Positions 8,056-13,059 of a DNA stretch of 13,059 nucleotides are shown one piece after another. Where the stretch lies: the NCBI GenBank assembly GCA_016839785.1, contig JAEOTQ010000008.1:1-13059 (forward strand), given 5' to 3'. A program made the translations under genes and the position numbers. Under the pieces are notes generated by a model, which saw nothing but the letters and a program-made list of their open reading frames with translations, had not been told where the DNA came from and ran no database searches. Source of the DNA: Candidatus Hodarchaeota archaeon. GTDB taxonomy: Archaea > Asgardarchaeota > Heimdallarchaeia > Hodarchaeales > Hodarchaeaceae. The stretch's first letter is position 1; every line of letters starts with the position of its first letter.

Positions 8056-8558
8056 GGTTTTAAAGACAGAGGAGCTTAAACTAATGGTTACAAATGCGGC
8101 AAATGCATTAAGAAAGAGAAGAAATATAGTAATTGTCGGAGTGTAAAGACGGAGAAGTTCTGGCCGACCAAGGACAGAGCGACCCAGAACCTCACTAAAA
8201 ATTGTAAAATCAAAAAACTTAAGACGGACGTACCATAAAGGAAGGAGGGGATCAATATCACTGGTGACATGAAAGGGAAAAGACAAGAAATGGGTGAGAT
8301 CAAGGTTTAAGACTGACAATAGAGAGAGAACAAGGATTATCGAAAAGATCAGCAAGTGAAGGAGAAAACGAAAGCGAGAAAACACTGATGTAAACTTCGT
8401 TGTCCCAAGATTCCAGATAAGAAACCCAAAAGCCATACTTAGCAACATAGAAATTTATCTCCCTGAAACAGAATTTGGTGAATGCAATAATAACCCTCAT
8501 AAGCCCTGAACGCTCTTTAAACACATCTGTAAGACTCTTTGAAGAAGTTTTTCCATTT

Positions 8559-11264
8559 TTACATTCTAGATTTAGACCGTTTAAGCACCATTAAATTAAA
8601 CAAGACGATAAAAACAATTAGGAAAGATAATCCATTAGCTGATGAGGGAGAAGCAATACTGATGGGGCCCACATAAACGGAAGTACTAAGCTCAGTATCA
8701 CTAGCAACAACCAATAAATAATAGGTTCCGGGAGTTAGAGTAGAGAGAGCCCAAATATATGAAGATTCTTGATAATTAGATACTATTTGTATCCACGAAC
8801 TATTATCATTGCTATAGTAAATACTGAAATAGAGGGAATCACGAAGATTTGGATCTGATGCTTCCCAAGAAATTATAATCTCCTTGGAATATTCGTTATT
8901 AACTTTTGGTGTCAGAATAGTAAGTTCAGGAGCATAATTATTAGCGATCTGAATCTGTATAACTTCTGTTACTGTAGAAGTGTCATCTGAAACCATAAAT
9001 CTTAGATAGTATATTCCATTATTTAATTCGGAGATACGCCATAAATATTGTGTTCCAGAATTAGAAACAACCAAGGGGTACCATACGACTTGATCTGAAC
9101 TATAATGAATGTCAACGAGAATTAGATCATTCTCTACATCATTAGTTGACCATTGAATTTGAATCTCGTCAGAAAAGCTCGAATAACTAAAGGGACTGGA
9201 TATTGTAAGAGTGGGGGGGATGTTTTGATTATGGATATCAATTAAAAATATTGAGGATGTGAAATCTCCACACCAAATTTCAAGAGAATAAGCACCGTCA
9301 GAGAAAAGTGTTGTATCTAGATCATAGTCAAACTCAGAGAGGTTTTCTGCAATTGATATCGAATGAGAACCATTCATCAAATAGAGATTGAAAAAACAAT
9401 CTGAAATTTCTCCACCTGTAAGGTTCCATCTAATATTGACTGTATCTATCCAAAAGGAATTAGTTAATGTCAATAAGTCGATAACAGGCATCATAAGCGA
9501 AATCGGATAGGTTTTTTGCCCAAGAGATTCCCAGACTACAACATCTGAAATATCTTTTATGGCAAGGAGGGAGTTAACGGAGGTTTTATCATAGAAATCT
9601 TTGGGAACTGTAAAATTTGAATAGAAAAATCCAGGCCTAGTTAGGGATTCAATAGTATCACCTGTTTCTTCAGCCCAAAAAAAAGGAAACGAAGTAGTGT
9701 TATACCATTCAATTATTGGATAATAGGTTGCATCTGGGAATACAAAAAGACATGAAGCAAGTAAATCGGTAGAATTCGAATCCCTCCAAATAACAAAACA
9801 TCCAAGTGAGTTATCAGTGAAGAGTGATGAGTCGTTGGTTAATTCAAGGTCATAAGACATTGAATAGATAGTGCAATTTGTAAAAAAAACATTAGAATGA
9901 TCTAACAACAAATCAAAATCAATGACACTATTAATAAACGAGGCATTGGAATTAGTAATAACAGTTTCATCAATACCTACATCGACGAGTGTTATATTGG
10001 AGGAAGAAGAATCAGTTATAAAAAATGAATTAATATCAACTGTATCTAAATATAGAGAGAAATTACTGCAATTAAAATTCACAATATTAGGAGTACTAGT
10101 AGAAGTACTTAAAATAGTTACATTAGACCCGTGGAGAGTCAGTTGTGGGATGGTTGAAGTATGCTGTAGCTCAAGAATAACATCAGCATTATTTATATCA
10201 GAATCTCCACCGATGTCAAAATTAGATATTTCTACAGTTGAATTCTCAATCAAGACACTTAAAACATAAGTATTATGGTCTGAATAACCCGAAAAAATCG
10301 AATCCTGGATAACAATGAAACCGCGAAGTTCAATTGTATCAATTACAACAATGGATCTCATACAGGAAAAATTGTCGATATTAGGGGAAGTAGTGGTTGT
10401 GCTTGAGAGAGTCACATTCGAATCATCAAGTGTTATTTGAGGAATATAGGAAGAGGGTTGTAACTCTAACACCACATTAGAATCAGAAATTTCTGTTATT
10501 CCATCGATTTCAAGATCAAAAACGGCTACAGTTGAATTCTCAATTAAAACACTAGCAACATTAGAGAAATAGTCAGCTAAACCAAAGAAAATTGAATCTT
10601 GAATAACTAAAGACCCCAAGAGCTGAATAGTATCAATCGAAATATTTGATTTGTAACATGACAAATCATTGATATTAGGAGAACTAGTAGTAGAACTAAA
10701 AAAAGTCGCATTGGAATTAATAATCGTCATTTGGGGGGTATTAGAGAAGTACAACAGCTCGAGAAGCACGTCGGAATCGACTATTTGACTTACTCCATTA
10801 ATCACTATAACACTAAAATTTACTGAAGAATTGCTTATATAAAGAAAGTTAATATCAGGAGCACTGGATGTACTCGAACTAGCGACATCTATTTCGGAAT
10901 TAATTGTAGTAAAATTGGAAATTATTGAAAAATAATCCAAATTTCCCTGAAGTAATGAATTTCCATAGACTGAACAGGTCCCTGTTAAATCTAATTTTAT
11001 AAACCGAAACTCAGAATTTGACTCGACAAGCACACTAGTTTCTACTGTGACACTAGAAGCATCTACGGTCAAAGTACCTCCATTTCTAACTATTATGCTG
11101 TTGTAAGTCTCAACAGTCGAAATTGTTATTGATTCATTATCAACTATTAGATCAGGACTAGCTACAACTATAATACTCAGGTTAGAAGTAATTATCGGGA
11201 ATATTACTATGACAAGGAGAACCTTAATTCCCATAATTTTAGCCAAAATTCCATCCTCAAACAA
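8559..11264 (-). CDS. Large cell-surface protein: signal peptide, beta-solenoid-like repeats, Ig-like domains, C-terminal TM anchor
   Basis: 901 aa; the real start may be the ATG at 11234. It has an N-terminal hydrophobic segment, a Ser/Thr/Asn/Ile-rich repeat region with many N-x-S/T sequons, about 3 Ig/FN3-like units (PTLTISSP...IQIQWSTND; PELTILTP...IIISWEASD) and a C-terminal GLSFLIVFIVLFNLMVL-KRSKSR anchor. Confidence 0.85.
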   Translation of the reverse strand: MFEDGILAKIMGIKVLLVIVIFPIITSNLSIIVVASPDLIVDNESITISTVETYNSIIVRNGGTLTVDASSVTVETSVLVESNSEFRFIKLDLTGTCSVYGNSLLQGNLDYFSIISNFTTINSEIDVASSSTSSAPDINFLYISNSSVNFSVIVINGVSQIVDSDVLLELLYFSNTPQMTIINSNATFFSSTTSSPNINDLSCYKSNISIDTIQLLGSLVIQDSIFFGLADYFSNVASVLIENSTVAVFDLEIDGITEISDSNVVLELQPSSYIPQITLDDSNVTLSSTTTTSPNIDNFSCMRSIVVIDTIELRGFIVIQDSIFSGYSDHNTYVLSVLIENSTVEISNFDIGGDSDINNADVILELQHTSTIPQLTLHGSNVTILSTSTSTPNIVNFNCSNFSLYLDTVDINSFFITDSSSSNITLVDVGIDETVITNSNASFINSVIDFDLLLDHSNVFFTNCTIYSMSYDLELTNDSSLFTDNSLGCFVIWRDSNSTDLLASCLFVFPDATYYPIIEWYNTTSFPFFWAEETGDTIESLTRPGFFYSNFTVPKDFYDKTSVNSLLAIKDISDVVVWESLGQKTYPISLMMPVIDLLTLTNSFWIDTVNIRWNLTGGEISDCFFNLYLMNGSHSISIAENLSEFDYDLDTTLFSDGAYSLEIWCGDFTSSIFLIDIHNQNIPPTLTISSPFSYSSFSDEIQIQWSTNDVENDLILVDIHYSSDQVVWYPLVVSNSGTQYLWRISELNNGIYYLRFMVSDDTSTVTEVIQIQIANNYAPELTILTPKVNNEYSKEIIISWEASDPNLRDSLYFSIYYSNDNSSWIQIVSNYQESSYIWALSTLTPGTYYLLVVASDTELSTSVYVGPISIASPSSANGLSFLIVFIVLFNLMVLKRSKSRM
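10060..10810 (-). repeat. Intragenic 294-bp (98-aa) repeat, about 2.5 units
   Basis: ttagg (PN motif) at 10087, 10381 and 10675, and ctacagttgaattctcaat at 10232 and 10526, both recur with an exact 294-bp period. Confidence 0.85.
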
Positions 11265-11371
11265 AGGTTACATTGAATTGATAAGTCAAATTGTTAATAC
11301 TCTATAAAAAATATTGGAATTCTCCAATTAATACTGTTTTCAGATTTCCACTTTTTTCCCTCAAAGGTAAA

Positions 11372-11498
11372 ATGACTATCAGAAATAAAACCAGAAGACT
11401 CATCTACACACTATGTACGACTCTTTGAGGCTATTACTTAGAAGTAAACGAGAGGACTGACAATTTCCACACGGTTAGCCCTTGTGAGAGGAGTGGTA
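11372..11498 (-). repeat. Interspersed repeat copy F
   Basis: tgactatcagaaataaaaccagaagactca..cacactat..gactctttgaggctatt-acttagaagt-aaacgagaggactgacaatttccacacgg-ttagccc..gaggagtggta matches the other copies. Confidence 0.93.
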
Positions 11499-11574
11499 AT
11501 TGACTGAACCAGCCTGTTTTTAAGAGGAGAGAATTAACTAAATGATGGATTATCCAGAAGAAACACACACATAC

Positions 11575-12819
11575 TCACATTGCCAGCAATCTATCAATAT
11601 CTGATTGTGTTATCTCTTTGGGATCCAAATTTCTAACCAAATCTCGAATGATTCGAATTTGAGCTTCAGTCAGATTTGCAGGGAGTTTAATATCGTAATC
11701 TGCCCCTAAAAGTTCGGAAGTAGTGAAAGGTATTCGAATATTGAAATCTAGTTCTTCAAATTGCTCATATACCATCACAGTTTTGGTAATATAGGATTGA
11801 GCATTCACCATTTCTTTGAGAATTATTTCTTTTTTGGCTTGGGACTGAAGTAAATTTCGAATCTGCTTAACGAAAATCGTTAAGTTAGAATAGAAATTGT
11901 CCGGAAAATAATTATACTTAGGATGTTGCAGTATTACTTTTTTCTGTGGAGGAGAACGTATCGTAAATGCAAGTGTAAAATTATTTCTTTTATCAGGAGA
12001 ATCAGGATTTGCAGTTGCAAAACCAAAAGCAAGGATAGCACATCTCTCAAATTTTTCTCTTTGTACCCGTGCAAATATAATCCTTCCACAAGTTGGGCAT
12101 AAAGTTTGTTCATCAGTTACGAATTCAAATTCAAAGCGGCTAGGTATGATCTGATCAAGGTTTAATCCAGTTCCCACTAATCCAGTTCCAGAAAACACTC
12201 GCTCTGCAAGATTTTTAGAATTTTTTTGAGGAAAACGATTGTTAAAAGTATCCAACATTGGAATAGGGCCAGTACCATGAGAGAAAAACGACAAAAGCGA
12301 ACCATAAGAGAGTTCATCCATTCTTTTCTCAGCTTCAAGGTTAGGAATTCGGTGTATTTCGGCTTCCATCGCTTGAATCACCTTTTCTTGCAATTTGTAT
12401 TCAGTTATCGTTTTAATATCAGGATAGGTTTGTGCTGCATTGGGATATGCCAAATTAATATGTGAGAGAAGAATTTGTTCATTGAAATCGGGCTGATAGC
12501 GGGTTTGTAGCCCCCTCAGAAAATTTTTGAGGAAAATGAGCTGGATCAAACCACCTCTGTCAGAGGGATAAGAAATTGGAGAATGATTACTTGAGTGAAG
12601 CTCTTTCTGCTCAGTATGACGTCGCATGATAGTCTTGATAGAATTTTCCTTAACCCCAGTAATTTCCTGGATTTCTGAGTAAGTAAAGCCTAAACTTACA
12701 AAATAAACAATAATTAAATGTTTGATACGCATTTGAGCCATAGGTTGGGCAAGAAATTGTTTAATCAAATCATCATTCAAATCAAATAAAATCATCAAAA
12801 TCGAGAGTAAATATGACAT
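11575..12819 (-). CDS. Hypothetical protein with N-terminal HTH and a CxxC motif
   Basis: 414 aa. LGFTYSEIQEITGVKENSIKTIMRR resembles a sigma-70 region 4/LuxR-type HTH, and there is a CPTCG knuckle. No catalytic motif was recognised. Confidence 0.7.
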   Translation of the reverse strand: MSYLLSILMILFDLNDDLIKQFLAQPMAQMRIKHLIIVYFVSLGFTYSEIQEITGVKENSIKTIMRRHTEQKELHSSNHSPISYPSDRGGLIQLIFLKNFLRGLQTRYQPDFNEQILLSHINLAYPNAAQTYPDIKTITEYKLQEKVIQAMEAEIHRIPNLEAEKRMDELSYGSLLSFFSHGTGPIPMLDTFNNRFPQKNSKNLAERVFSGTGLVGTGLNLDQIIPSRFEFEFVTDEQTLCPTCGRIIFARVQREKFERCAILAFGFATANPDSPDKRNNFTLAFTIRSPPQKKVILQHPKYNYFPDNFYSNLTIFVKQIRNLLQSQAKKEIILKEMVNAQSYITKTVMVYEQFEELDFNIRIPFTTSELLGADYDIKLPANLTEAQIRIIRDLVRNLDPKEITQSDIDRLLAM

Positions 12820-12883
12820 GATATATTATCAAGGTTTCGAAATGAAACCATGTCAACTGTCTGTTGACTTCAAATTAAACTCT

Positions 12884-13007
12884 ATCAAAAACCCTCCACA
12901 CACTCCAGGTGGCTCCTTAAGGCTTTTTTTCTAATTATTTGAAATAAACGAGAGGCCTGACAATTTCCACACTAATTTCAGATTAATAGCCCGTGCGCGA
13001 GGAGCGG
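12884..13007 (-). repeat. Interspersed repeat copy G
   Basis: cacacact..ggctccttaaggcttt..ttatttgaaataaacgagaggcctgacaatttccacac-taatttcagatt-aatagcccgtgcgcgaggagcgg matches the other copies. Confidence 0.92.
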
Positions 13008-13059
13008 GAGCTTGCTGAAAAATATAATTTCATGGCATTTGATTATATTTCGAATGAAA

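Noticed and set aside
8047-8524. ORFs 8047-8448, 8088-8303 and 8300-8524 as confident genes
   Set aside because: They overlap each other, have weak starts, and their Leu/Phe/Ser richness is explained by pyrimidine skew. They are kept only as a low-interest finding.
1526-12465. Short ORFs 1526-1711, 3169-3363, 4914-5111, 5498-5704, 5772-5969, 7520-7708, 9922-10269, 12226-12465
   Set aside because: They are antisense shadows of longer, well-supported genes and have no recognisable motifs.
11575-12819. Transposase or integrase driving the array
   Set aside because: No DDE, RHRY, serine-recombinase, HUH, RuvC or RT motif could be recognised by eye.
2401-13007. CRISPR array
   Set aside because: Repeats are 100-340 bp, degenerate, and separated by kilobase gene-containing segments. 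No cas genes are present.

Overview
AT-rich archaeal-type accessory region. It is probably Asgard (Heimdallarchaeia-like), inferred from Rab-like GTPases with DTAGQEFFGKLRPSYYRGA, Asgard-style LRR proteins and a C-terminally anchored Ig-repeat surface protein. The cargo comprises an AbiE-like type IV toxin-antitoxin pair (+ strand) and, on the - strand, a wHTH-LRR-pseudoRab-wHTH fusion, an LRR protein, a tandem Rab-like pseudoGTPase, a small membrane protein, a 901-aa surface protein and an HTH/CxxC protein. The main unexplained structure is a degenerate non-coding element present seven times in the same orientation (1-340, 2401-2498, 4471-4721, 7065-7198, 7860-8055, 11372-11498, 12884-13007), separating the cargo into one- or two-gene units. 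Read on the - strand, it is a decayed copy of archaeal 23S rRNA domain VI (H94-H101, including a mutated sarcin-ricin loop) followed by a conserved ~110-nt 3' module. Copies are variably 5'-truncated, share a roughly fixed 3' end, and carry short AT-rich palindromes whose sequence varies while symmetry is kept. The layout resembles an integron-like or SINE-like cassette array built on rRNA-derived repeats. No integrase, transposase or reverse transcriptase is recognisable in the window. All alignments were made by eye.
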